A stretch of DNA of 64,000 bases from assembly GCA_963791605.1 (NCBI GenBank), contig CAWBTB010000002.1, forward strand, positions 108,887 through 172,886, read 5' to 3'. The position numbers and the translations under genes are program-made. Source of the DNA: an uncultured Actinomycetota bacterium (GTDB lineage Bacteria > Actinomycetota > Actinomycetes > Actinomycetales > Microbacteriaceae). This document shows positions 38,951 to 50,955 of the stretch, piece by piece (the stretch's first letter is position 1; each line of letters begins with the position of its first letter). The notes under the pieces are model-generated. The model searched no databases. It was not told the DNA's origin and saw nothing but the letters and a program-made list of their open reading frames with translations.

Positions 38951-39604
38951 ATGGAAACGAACATCGTCGGTGTCGGAGTCGGCATCAGCGATCGGTTCCG
39001 AGCGGTGGTCGAAGAGAAGACCGCACGGATCGCGACTCTCGCGACGAAGGCGCAACGCGTCGACGTGAAGGTCACCCATCGTTCCTATCGCGGCGGTCAC
39101 GTGGAGGACGAGACCGTCGAACTCACTCTCGCCGGCAAGGGTCCGATGGTGCGCGCGGAAGCGCGCGACGCCGACAAGTTCGTGGCGCTGGACCTCGCCG
39201 TCGACAAGCTCTGCGAGCAGGTGCGGCGGGCGAAGGAGCGCCGCATCGACGGACGTCACCACCCGCGCGGTGCGCACCTGGAGAAGAGCACAGGAGAGCT
39301 CGCCGGCATCGACGTGCACCCCGTCTCGGTGGACACCCTGCACGCGGTCTCCACGGGTTCGATCCCGACCATCGAGATCGAGGAGGAGTACTCCCCGGTC
39401 GTGATCCGCACCAAGAACTTCGACGCCGAGTGGATGACGGTCGAGGAGGCCGTCGACCGGATGGAGCTGGTCGGTCACGACTTCTTCCTGTTCGTGGATG
39501 CGCGCTCCGACCACCCGAGCGTCGTGTACCGCCGCAAGGGCTGGGACTACGGCGTCATCTCGCTGACCACCCAGGCGGCCCCGATCGAGGCGCTCGTCGG
39601 CTGA
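38951..39604 (+). CDS. hpf: Ribosome hibernation promoting factor (long HPF/RaiA)
   Basis: AAGGAGG RBS; MTVEEAVDRMELVGHDFFLF....PSVVYRRKGWDYGVI. Confidence 0.93.
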   Translation: METNIVGVGVGISDRFRAVVEEKTARIATLATKAQRVDVKVTHRSYRGGHVEDETVELTLAGKGPMVRAEARDADKFVALDLAVDKLCEQVRRAKERRIDGRHHPRGAHLEKSTGELAGIDVHPVSVDTLHAVSTGSIPTIEIEEEYSPVVIRTKNFDAEWMTVEEAVDRMELVGHDFFLFVDARSDHPSVVYRRKGWDYGVISLTTQAAPIEALVG

Positions 39605-39689
39605 CGAGGTCCGCTGACGACGCGCGAGTGCGGCCCGAGACTGTCCGTCTCGGGCCGCACTCCGTCGCCCGCGTGCGCCGGGGGACGAC

Positions 39690-41019
39690 TCAGTCGAACA
39701 GATCGTCGATGAGGCCGCCGATGACGAGGCCGCCGAGCACGCCGGAGACGATGTCGCCGCCGGATCCGCGCCGCCGCCGCCCCAGCGTGCCGCCCCAGCC
39801 GTTCCGCCGCCCCAGCCCTGGTCGGGGCGGGACGAGTCGATGTCGCGCTGGGCGAGCTGCAGGGCCTCCGCGGCGAGCTGGGCGACCCTGCGGGCCGCGG
39901 AGAGAGCCTGCTCGCGGGTCTGCTCGGCGGGCAGCAGGGCGGGCACGTCGATGCGCAGCCGCTCGGCCTCGGCGAGGCGGGTGCGGGCGTCCGCGCCGAT
40001 CCAGCCGCGGTGGCCCTCGATCAGGCCGCGCGCGACGCCGAGCTGGCGGTCCGCGTCGTCGAGGGCGTGCTGCACGGCGTCGAGCGTGGGCAGCGGGTGC
40101 TCGGCCCGGTATCGGGCGGCGGCGATCGCGGCGTCGAGGGCGGTGTTGGCGGCGCGCAGCCGGGTCAGGTCGCCGAACGGATCGCTGCGCGAACCCGCGG
40201 GCGGAAGCGCGTCGAGGGCCTGCTGCAGCACGGTCGCGGCGGCGGCGACAGCCGGAGCGTCGGGTGCGGTGGGCAGCGCCGCCAGGTCGCCGCGGGAGTC
40301 GGCCACGACCTCGGCCAGGGTGGACTCGGCGCGCAGCGCCTCGATCTCGAAGTCGTCGACCGCGTCGAGCAGCGACGCGGCGCGCCGGGTGGCCTCGGTC
40401 GCGGTCTCCAGCGCGAGCACCGCCTCCTGGTTGCGCCCGGCCATCGCGGCGGCGCTCGGACACGTCGGCGCCGTGGGTCGCGAAGGCGACGAGCTGTGCG
40501 GCCTCGTCCGCGCTCTTCGCGACGCGCTGCATCGCCGTGTCGGAGTAGCGGGTCGCGAGCCGGTCGACGGCGTCCTGCGCCTGCGGGACCCTGGCCTGGA
40601 GCGCCGCGGCGTCGGCACGCACCTGGGCGACGACCTGCGGCGCGTTGCGCACCCGGCTCACCGCGTCGGCGATCGCGGCGGACTTCTCGTCGATGAGATC
40701 CTCCGCCCACTCGCACAGCTGCGCGATCCGCGCGTTGCGGGTGCGCAGCTCCTCGGCCGTGTCGGGGATCTCGTCGTGGTTCAGCTGGTGCAGCTGGAAC
40801 GCCTCGCCCATGTGCGACGCGCACGGCATCCAGTGCCGCACGGAAGTCGGCGGTCATCTCGTCGCCGAGCTCCGCGGTCGCGAAGGCCAGTTCGTCCGCG
40901 GCGGTGCGGATCCGCTCGTCCGCCGCGACGATCGCCTGCTCGGCGCGGCGCGCGAGATCGTCGTCCTGCGCCTGCAGCTCTTCCTGCTCGCGTTTGCGCT
41001 TGCCCCAGAATCCAGCCAT
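39690..41019 (-). CDS. Conserved coiled-coil hypothetical protein (frameshifted), similar to the C-terminal part of actinobacterial TPM-domain proteins
   Basis: MAGFWGKRKR..ADERIR...DELAFA; EAFQLHQLNHDEIPDT; IGADARTRLAEAER; GVLGGLVIGGLIDDLFD, across frames. Confidence 0.7.
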
Positions 41020-41076
41020 GCGCCGATCCTATGATCCGGCGCGATGCGGGCTGTGCATCGATTGCGCCCTGCGCGA

Positions 41077-41673
41077 TCAGGCGGTCGCCGCTCTGGCGGG
41101 TCGGCCGCGCTTGGGGCGGTCCGCCGAAAGGGCCAGGGCGAGTTCATGCCGCGGATGCCGCGACAGCCGCTGCTCGAGAAGATCCAGCCAGAGCAGTTCG
41201 GCGTCCGCCGCCACGATCTGGGAATCGAGGAGAAGGGTCCGGGCCAGATCCTCCGGCCGATCCGAGTCGGATCCTTCCTGCGCCGCCCGCTGCAGGGCCT
41301 CATGGCGGGCGCGCGCGACGATGCGCTGCGTCGCGATGACCGCGGCGACGTCGATACCTGGCAGGGTCGCGGCGAGCGCGAGCTTGATCGCCAGTTCGTC
41401 GCGCGTGCCCTGGCCGCGCTCGACGGGGGAGGAGAGCCAGCCGTCGACCTCGGCGGATCCGGCCTCCGTGATCTCCCAGTACACGTGCCCGGCCTCGTCG
41501 GCGTCACCGCGCTCGACGAGTCCGTCGCGCTCAAGCCGCTCCAGGGTGTTGTAGATCTGGCCGACGTTCAGAGGCCAGGTCGAGCCGGTGCGGCGGTCGA
41601 ACTCGGCCCGCAGCTGGTAGCCGTAGCACGGGCCCTGATCGAGGATGGCGAGCAGGCTCTGCCGAACGGACAT
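41077..41673 (-). CDS. PadR-family transcriptional regulator
   Basis: MSVRQSLLAIL.QGPCYGYQLRAEF..RTG.TWPLNVGQIYNTLERLERDGLV. Confidence 0.93.
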   Translation of the reverse strand: MSVRQSLLAILDQGPCYGYQLRAEFDRRTGSTWPLNVGQIYNTLERLERDGLVERGDADEAGHVYWEITEAGSAEVDGWLSSPVERGQGTRDELAIKLALAATLPGIDVAAVIATQRIVARARHEALQRAAQEGSDSDRPEDLARTLLLDSQIVAADAELLWLDLLEQRLSRHPRHELALALSADRPKRGRPARAATA

Positions 41674-41696
41674 GGGATTTCCTTTCGGGGAATCTG

Positions 41697-41721
41697 TTTC
41701 CGAGTATATGCATACCGGAAA
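41697..41721. promoter_or_regulatory. Imperfect palindrome upstream of padR, candidate autoregulatory operator
   Basis: TTTCCG-a-GTAT-atgc-ATAC-CGGAAA. Confidence 0.45.
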
Positions 41722-41846
41722 ATGCCGGCGATCGGATTCGTGATCGGCGTGTCGGCGAGGTGATGTCCAGTGCTTTTGATCGGGATCCGGTTGTGATGCA
41801 ACCGTGATGTTTTGACGCCCTGATCTGGGTCTTTTCGGGTCGGGAA

Positions 41847-41868
41847 TGTCGGTGGTCCGGGGTTGACT
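41847..41868 (+). promoter_or_regulatory. RecA-NDp/PafBC-like DNA-damage promoter upstream of the DUF222 gene
   Basis: TGTCGGTG, 8 nt, TTGACT, then 6 nt to ATG 41875. Confidence 0.5.
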
Positions 41869-41874
41869 GGGGTT

Positions 41875-43317
41875 ATGACGAACTCGACCGGCACGATGGC
41901 GGATCCCGGGTGGACCCGGTGGATCCCGTCGCCGTACTGCGCATGCTGGTCGACGGGTTGGCGGCGACGGAGGCGTCGATCATCCGGTTGCAGGCGGTGA
42001 AGGAGGTGCATCTCGCGGTCGCGCACCGCCTCGCCGACGAGATCGGCTCCGTGGATGGTGGGGCGGCGCGGGGAGAATCGGCGGAGCTGGCGGCCCGGTC
42101 GGTGGCCGCGGACTCGCCGCCGTCCTGCACATGTCCGACCGGGTGGTGCAGGGCCGGATGGGCCGCGCGGCGGAGCTGACGACCCGGTACCCGGAAACGA
42201 TGCGGGCGTTCCCGACGCACGGATCGACACCGCCCACGTCCGCCTCATCCAGGACGCGGGCGCCCGGCTGGATGACACGCTGCGGGGCGAGTTCGAACGG
42301 GTCGCGGTGGAGGCGTGCGTGGGGGAGACGCCGCTCGGGCGAAGCGGGTGGTGGAGCGGGTCGCGGAACGTCTCGCCCCCCGCAGCCTCACCGACCGGCA
42401 GCGGGACGCGCAGGACCAGCGTCGGGTGTGGCGGGAGGAGCTCCCCGACGGGCAGGAGGCTCGGGATGATCCATTCCGCGGCGATCATCGACGGCATCTG
42501 GGATCGCCTCACCCAGCAAGCCCGCCTGCTGAAGACCGCGAACACGAAAGCCGCCAAAGACACGGCTGCAGGGCTCAGCCCGGACCCGGACGGGCTCGGC
42601 GATCCCGCGGACGCCCGCACCCTCGACCAGCTCCGCGCCGACGTCTGTGCGGACACGCTGCTCACCGGTGCCGCGTCAGGACACGACACGACCGCGGGCC
42701 TGTTGTCCGCGATCCAGGCGCGGGTCGAAGTCACGGTTCCTGTCTGCACGCTGATGGGCCCGACCTGCGCGCGAACGGACGCGAAACGTCGACGGGAGCA
42801 CGCTCCGCGTTTGGTGTCCGCACCGAGCAGCCCGGGGAGCTCGCCGGCGGGCAACCCATCGACACCGACACGGCGCGGATCGTCGCCGGCGGCGCCGCCG
42901 GCTGGGAGCGAGTGCTCACCCACCCCATCACCGGGGCGATCCTCGCCGTCGACCGGTACCGGCCCAACGCCGACCTGCGCCGCCTCCTGCACGCCCGCGA
43001 CTCCCGCTGCCGATTCACCACCTGCGGGATGCCCCCCGCCGCCCAAGACCTCGACCACACGATCGACGCCGCGTCCGGCGGGGCGACCGCGGAAGGCAAC
43101 CTCGGCGGGTTCTGCCGCCGACACCATATCGTCAAACACCACACACCCCTGGCGGGTGCGACAACTCGGCGCTCGGGATCCGCGGATCGACAGCCCCACC
43201 GGCGCGACCTACATCGACCGACCACCCGCACCCGTCACCTTCACTATCCACGAACCGGATCCAGATCCACCACCCGACGCCGAGTCTGCATCGGATGCTC
43301 AACCACCGCCGTTCTGA
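41875..43317 (+). CDS. DUF222/HNH endonuclease (REP13E12-like), multiply frameshifted
   Basis: [38 protein letters not shown]......DLDH....GGAT..GNL...CRRHH..KH. Confidence 0.85.
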
Positions 43318-43456
43318 TCGCGGTCTCGGAGAGCGGCACGCGGTCGGGAGCTCATCGGATCCGCGCAGAGGATCGACAGGTCACGGCCCGGTAACATGGG
43401 TGCGTATGCCGTGCGTGCGTCGCGCGCGGGCACAGACCACTAGGGAGATGGAATCC

Positions 43457-46270
<2,814 letters not shown>

Positions 46271-46292
46271 CGCGAGACGGTAATCTTGGCCG

Positions 46293-47516
46293 ATGACACC
46301 GAGAACCTTCGACCAGTCGTCCAAGCTGAAGAACGTCCTGTACGAGATCCGCGGCAACGCGCTCGTCGAGGCGGCGCGGCTGGAGGCGGCAGGTCACTCG
46401 GTGCTGAAGCTGAACACCGGAAACCCCGCCATCTTCGGCTTCGAGGCGCCGCAGCAGATCGTGCGGGACATGCTCGCGACGCTGCCCACCGCGCACGGCT
46501 ACAGCGAGAGCAAGGGCATCGTGTCCGCCCGGCGCGCGGTCGTCAGCAGGTACGAGGAGGTCGAGGGCTTCCCCGCAGTGGACCCCGAGGACGTCTACCT
46601 CGGCAACGGCGTCTCCGAGCTGATCACGATGGTGATGCAGGCGCTCCTGGACGAGGGCGACGAGGTGCTGATCCCCGCGCCCGACTACCCGCTCTGGACC
46701 GCGATGACCAGCCTGGCCGGCGGCACGCCCGTGCACTACCTGTGCGACGAGGACAACGGCTGGAACCCGGATCTCGAGGACATCCGCGCCAAGGTGACGC
46801 CGCGCACGAAGGCGATCGTCATCATCAACCCGAACAACCCGACCGGCGCGGTCTACTCGCGCGAGGTGCTCGAGGGCATCGTCCAGGTGGCGCGGGAGAA
46901 CGACCTGCTGCTGCTGTCGGACGAGATCTACGACCGGATCCTGTTCGACGACGCGCAGCACATCCCGACCGCGACGCTCGCGCCGGATCTGCTCTGCCTC
47001 ACCTTCAACGGACTCTCCAAGACCTACCGCGTGGCCGGCTACCGGTCGGGGTGGCTCGTGATCACCGGCCCCCAGCAGCACGCGAAGGGGTTCATCGAGG
47101 GCATCACCCTGCTCGCCTCGACGCGGCTGTGCCCGAACGTGCCCGCGCAGCATGCGGTGCAGGCCGCCCTGTCCGGCGTGCAGTCGATCGAGTCCCTGAT
47201 CGCGCCCAGCGGGCGCCTGCACCTGCAGCGCGACGCCGCGTGGGAGGGGCTGAGTGCGATCCCCGGGGTCACCTGCGTCAGGCCGACCGGCGCCCTGTAC
47301 GCGTTCCCGCGACTGGATCCGAACGTGCACGAGATCCACGACGACGCGAAGCTGATCTACGACCTGCTGGTCGCGGAGCGGATCCTGCTGGTGCAGGGCA
47401 CCGGTTTCAACTGGCCGACGCCCGATCACCTGCGCGTGGTCACGCTGCCGGAGCCGCGCGTGATCACCGAGGCGATCGAACGGCTCGGCAACTTCCTCGC
47501 GAGCTACCGGCAGTAG
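46293..47516 (+). CDS. alaA: PLP-dependent class I aminotransferase (AlaA-like)
   Basis: QSSKLKNVLYEIRG, LKLNTGNPA, INPNNPTGAVY, DEIYD, FNGLSKTYRVAGYRSGW. Confidence 0.9.
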   Translation: MTPRTFDQSSKLKNVLYEIRGNALVEAARLEAAGHSVLKLNTGNPAIFGFEAPQQIVRDMLATLPTAHGYSESKGIVSARRAVVSRYEEVEGFPAVDPEDVYLGNGVSELITMVMQALLDEGDEVLIPAPDYPLWTAMTSLAGGTPVHYLCDEDNGWNPDLEDIRAKVTPRTKAIVIINPNNPTGAVYSREVLEGIVQVARENDLLLLSDEIYDRILFDDAQHIPTATLAPDLLCLTFNGLSKTYRVAGYRSGWLVITGPQQHAKGFIEGITLLASTRLCPNVPAQHAVQAALSGVQSIESLIAPSGRLHLQRDAAWEGLSAIPGVTCVRPTGALYAFPRLDPNVHEIHDDAKLIYDLLVAERILLVQGTGFNWPTPDHLRVVTLPEPRVITEAIERLGNFLASYRQ

Positions 47517-47520
47517 CCGT

Positions 47521-48777
47521 TCAGGCGGGCGCGGGCGCCCTGCCGCGGCGCGCCCGCCGGGTCGTCGGGGCGGCCGGGGCGTCCGGCCGGATCAGCGTGC
47601 CCGCCAGCGTGCGCACGGCGGCGGTGAACGGCGAACGGCCGGACACGTCGGACACGGGGCGGGCATGCAGCGCGGCGGCGTCCAGCGCGCGCTGATCGTA
47701 CGGCAGGAAGTGCACGTCGCGGATCCCGGAGAAGCGGTCCAGCGCGCGGCGGATCTGCCCGCGGGCGTCGATGCCGAGCGGGCCGGGACGCACCTTGTTC
47801 ACCGCGACCGTGACGGGGACGTCGCCGATCTCCGCGCGCAACTCGGCGTAGCCCCGGATGAAGCGGGCGATCCCGAGCGGATCCGCGGCGGCGACGGCCA
47901 CGATGCGGTCGGCCGTGCGCAGCGCCGTCAGCGTGGCGGCGTTGCGGCGCGGGCCGTCCAGGTCGCTCACGATCTCCTCGTCCGACTCGAGCGAGGCGGC
48001 GACGTCGATCAGGGTGACCGCGCTCCACGCGCGGCAGGCGTGGAGCGCTGCGGTCAGCCGGGCGGCGGAGAGCTCGGGCCAGCGTGCGGGGCGGTTGATC
48101 CCGACCAGCACGTCCACGGCGCCCCCCGCGGTCTCCACGGGGCTCGCCAGCCGGCTGAGCTCGGCGCCGTCCAGCAGCCCCAGCTCGGCGCGACGGCAGG
48201 CCGCGGCGATGCCGGGTCCGTCGTCGGTGAGGCCGAGCATCAGGGCGATTGCCGGGGCGTGCGTGTCCGCATCGATCAGCGCGACCCCGCGATCCGGGGC
48301 GGCCAGGGCGGCGGCGAGCTGCACCGCGAGCGTGCTGCGGCCGGGGGCGCCCTGGGGTCCCCACACCGTGATGAGCCGGCTCGGCAGGGACGACGGATCC
48401 GGCTCCGCCGTGCGCGCGGCACCCGCGACATCCGACGGCTCGTGCAGAGCGTCGGCGACATCCCACCCGTTCGCCGCGGCGGGCAGCGGGGCGGACAGGC
48501 CGTGCCGGCGGGCGAGCCGGGCCGCCGCGGGGCCGTCGCCGAGCATCAGGATCCGCACGCCCGCGCGATCGCAGGCGCCGCGCAGCGCCCCGCTGAGCCA
48601 CGCCCGCTCGGCCGGGATCAGCAGGGCGTCCGCGGCGCGGAGCTCCTCCGCGTGCGCGGACAGCTGCGCGGCCTGCTTCGGCGGCATCCGCGCGATCACG
48701 TCGACACCGGCGAGGCCGAGTTCCTCGGCGAGGGCCTCTGCGCGGTCGGCGGCGAGCGCCAGCACGATCCCGGTCAT
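47521..48777 (-). CDS. MinD/CpaE-like P-loop NTPase with a receiver-like N-terminus
   Basis: ITVWGPQGAPGRSTLA, LIDADT, RWPEL, PRRNAAT; start overlaps the SAF gene stop. Confidence 0.8.
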   Translation of the reverse strand: MTGIVLALAADRAEALAEELGLAGVDVIARMPPKQAAQLSAHAEELRAADALLIPAERAWLSGALRGACDRAGVRILMLGDGPAAARLARRHGLSAPLPAAANGWDVADALHEPSDVAGAARTAEPDPSSLPSRLITVWGPQGAPGRSTLAVQLAAALAAPDRGVALIDADTHAPAIALMLGLTDDGPGIAAACRRAELGLLDGAELSRLASPVETAGGAVDVLVGINRPARWPELSAARLTAALHACRAWSAVTLIDVAASLESDEEIVSDLDGPRRNAATLTALRTADRIVAVAAADPLGIARFIRGYAELRAEIGDVPVTVAVNKVRPGPLGIDARGQIRRALDRFSGIRDVHFLPYDQRALDAAALHARPVSDVSGRSPFTAAVRTLAGTLIRPDAPAAPTTRRARRGRAPAPA

Positions 48778-49397
48778 GAGCGGGTCCCCACTGGGACCAC
48801 GGACAGGGACGAGCCTCCGGTCATCGCCGCGAGCACGTCCCCGATCCTGGCGCGGTCGACCACGAGCTCGAGGGTCGTGCTCGAGCTCGCGAGGGGTCCG
48901 TCGTCGCGCTCGACCGAGGCCACCGTCGCCTCGGCGAGCAGGACCTCGGGCTCGGCGAAGCCCTTGCCGTCCGTCAGCGGCGCCGCGGCCCACACCTCGA
49001 CGACCGTGCCGGCCGCGACGGCGGAGGGGACGCGCACCGCGCTCCGCACCACGACCGAGGTCGTGCGGCCCCGGTCGGCGCCCGCGGCGGACGCGACGGA
49101 GACGAGTTCGCCCTCGGTGATCGTGCGGGTCGCGATCAGCCCCGGTTCGAGGGTCGCCGGGGTGAGGTATCCGGACCCGACGGTGCCGAGCGCGACGTCC
49201 ACCACCCGCACGTCCGCCGAGGTCAGCGGCTCACCCGGGACGATCGTGCGCACGGCCTGCAGCGCCGGAGTGGTCTGCTTCGCGGCGCCCACGATCAGCC
49301 ACACGCCGACGACGGAGGCGATGATCAGTGCCAGGCCGATGAAGAAGCGCAGGTCGGTCCAGGGCCGGCGGGCGGCGCGTGCGGTGCTCATGTGCAC
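48774..49397 (-). CDS. SAF-domain (CpaB-like) membrane protein
   Basis: WTDLRFFIG.ALI.ASVVG TM, PGEPL, ATRTI.EGELV, GTVVEVW. Confidence 0.75.
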   Translation of the reverse strand: MHMSTARAARRPWTDLRFFIGLALIIASVVGVWLIVGAAKQTTPALQAVRTIVPGEPLTSADVRVVDVALGTVGSGYLTPATLEPGLIATRTITEGELVSVASAAGADRGRTTSVVVRSAVRVPSAVAAGTVVEVWAAAPLTDGKGFAEPEVLLAEATVASVERDDGPLASSSTTLELVVDRARIGDVLAAMTGGSSLSVVPVGTRS

Positions 49398-49430
49398 ATC
49401 GTCACAGAGTCGGGCGCGGGACCGGGGAAG

Positions 49431-49439
49431 TTATCCACA
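49431..49439 (+). promoter_or_regulatory. Perfect DnaA box
   Basis: TTATCCACA in a divergent intergenic region. Confidence 0.6.
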
Positions 49440-49489
49440 GGCGGGGCCGGGTCCGCGCGCATCCGGCCCCGGGGAGGACAATGGGTGTC

Positions 49490-49768
49490 ATGCCCGACGC
49501 ATCCACGCCCGTCCCGCGCCACCTCGCCCCGGCTCAGGTCGCCGAACTCCTCGGCGTGCGCGTGGACGAGGTCGTCGAACTCATCCTCGAGGGGCGCCTG
49601 CGTGGGGCGCGCCTCGGCGTCCCTGCGGCCTGGCGCGTCGAGGAGCAGAGCATCTCCGAATACCTCGCCGAGCAGGCGGAGGAGGCACGTCGGATGGCGC
49701 TGTGGCGCCAGGCGAACGCGGCGAGCTTCCCCGAGCTGTGGGGCCCGCCGGTGCGCCGGGGCGACTGA
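49490..49768 (+). CDS. Small excisionase-like HTH protein
   Basis: LAPAQVAELLGV....V.ELI.EGRL.G.RLG....WRVE. Confidence 0.8.
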   Translation: MPDASTPVPRHLAPAQVAELLGVRVDEVVELILEGRLRGARLGVPAAWRVEEQSISEYLAEQAEEARRMALWRQANAASFPELWGPPVRRGD

Positions 49769-49783
49769 GCGCGGCCGTCCTGG

Positions 49784-50383
49784 TCACCCGGCGACGCCGG
49801 GGGCGGGCCCGTCGGTTCCGATCGAGAGCACCGCGGCGAACGGCACGATCCGGAACCCCGTCACGGCTCGCGCACGCCGGGGCGCACCGGCATCGTGCAG
49901 CGCGAGGTCGAGGTGATCGGCGCCCGCGCGGTCGATCGTGCCGGCGAGCATCGTGCCGGAACGGGTGCGGATCGTCGCGCCGCTGCGCCGGCGGGCGAGG
50001 TCGCGCACCACGAAGCCGAACGTCATCCGCTCGCGCAGCGGCGACAGCGGCTCGGCACCTGCGCCGCTGGACAGCATCGCGCCGTGATCCAGCGCCCACA
50101 TCTCCACCCCGTGCGCGGGGAGCAGCACCAGCCCGCGGGCATCCAGCGGCTGCAGCGCCGCCCAGTCGGCGCCGACGGCGCGCAGGCGTCCGCGCAGCCG
50201 AGTGGAGTCACCGAGGACCGCGGATACGACGGCGTCCTCGTCGACGAGCGCGCCGAGCCGGGTGCGCAGGTCGAGCCGGGCGATCCGGACCCGCTCCGCC
50301 TCGGCATCGAGGGCGGCGCGCTCCGCCTCCCAGCCCGAGGCGATCTGATCCTCCAGGTCTTCGAACAGCCGGTCCCATTCCAT
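49784..50383 (-). CDS. Conserved actinobacterial hypothetical protein
   Basis: MEWDRLFEDLEDQ, VGADW, LRERM.FG...RDLARRR, GTIDRAGADHLDLA. Confidence 0.8.
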   Translation of the reverse strand: MEWDRLFEDLEDQIASGWEAERAALDAEAERVRIARLDLRTRLGALVDEDAVVSAVLGDSTRLRGRLRAVGADWAALQPLDARGLVLLPAHGVEMWALDHGAMLSSGAGAEPLSPLRERMTFGFVVRDLARRRSGATIRTRSGTMLAGTIDRAGADHLDLALHDAGAPRRARAVTGFRIVPFAAVLSIGTDGPAPGVAG

Positions 50384-50422
50384 GCGGTCGAGGGTACGGG
50401 AACCGCGATGCAGGCATACGGG

Positions 50423-50431
50423 TTATCCACA
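50423..50431 (+). promoter_or_regulatory. Perfect DnaA box
   Basis: TTATCCACA in a divergent intergenic region. Confidence 0.6.
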
Positions 50432-50517
50432 TTCCTCGGCGGATCCTCCCCGAGGTGCGCCCGGATGTGCTCGAATGCCGGACAGACACGCCACGAACCG
50501 TGACCGGGAGAACGCCG

Positions 50518-50904
50518 ATGATGACGCTCGAAGACTTCGCTCCGCAGCCCACACCGACCGCCGAGCTGCCCGATCCGACCCCGTTGCTGGAGAGCCTCAC
50601 GCGCGGCGTGCTCGAAGTGCTGGCCGGCGTGCGCGAGACGGATCAGCTCGCGCGCTGGTTCACCGCGGACGCCTTCCAGGTGCTGATCGCGCGCGCCAAT
50701 CTGTCCGCGCGGGCGCGCAGCGCGCGCGGGGTCGCACCCACCCGTCCCGTGTACCGGATCCTGTCGACGCGCGCCTCGTCGCCCGCCGACGGCGTCGTGG
50801 AGGCGACCGTGATCGTGGAGAGTCCAGGGCGCACGCGTGCCGTCGCGATCCGCCTCGAGGGCATGGATCGCCGCTGGCGCGCGACCACCCTCGCCGTGCT
50901 CTGA
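50518..50904 (+). CDS. Rv3235-family protein
   Basis: LPDP......VLEVLAGVR...QLARW, P.DGVVEA, RTRAVAIRLEG.D.RWRA. Confidence 0.85.
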   Translation: MMTLEDFAPQPTPTAELPDPTPLLESLTRGVLEVLAGVRETDQLARWFTADAFQVLIARANLSARARSARGVAPTRPVYRILSTRASSPADGVVEATVIVESPGRTRAVAIRLEGMDRRWRATTLAVL

Positions 50905-50955
50905 CCCGGGCCCGCAGCCCGTGCGCGCGTGTCCGGCGGCGCCCTCTAGGCTGTC

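Noticed and set aside
49490-49768. Prophage or ICE excisionase
   Set aside because: No integrase or phage genes; the HTH gene sits in a host-like cluster.
49431-50431. Replication origin
   Set aside because: Only two isolated boxes, no AT-rich unwinding element and no dnaA/dnaN nearby.
47665-50517. Upstream part of the 1079 aa ORF
   Set aside because: Shadow frame; only 50518-50904 (Rv3235-like) looks like a protein.
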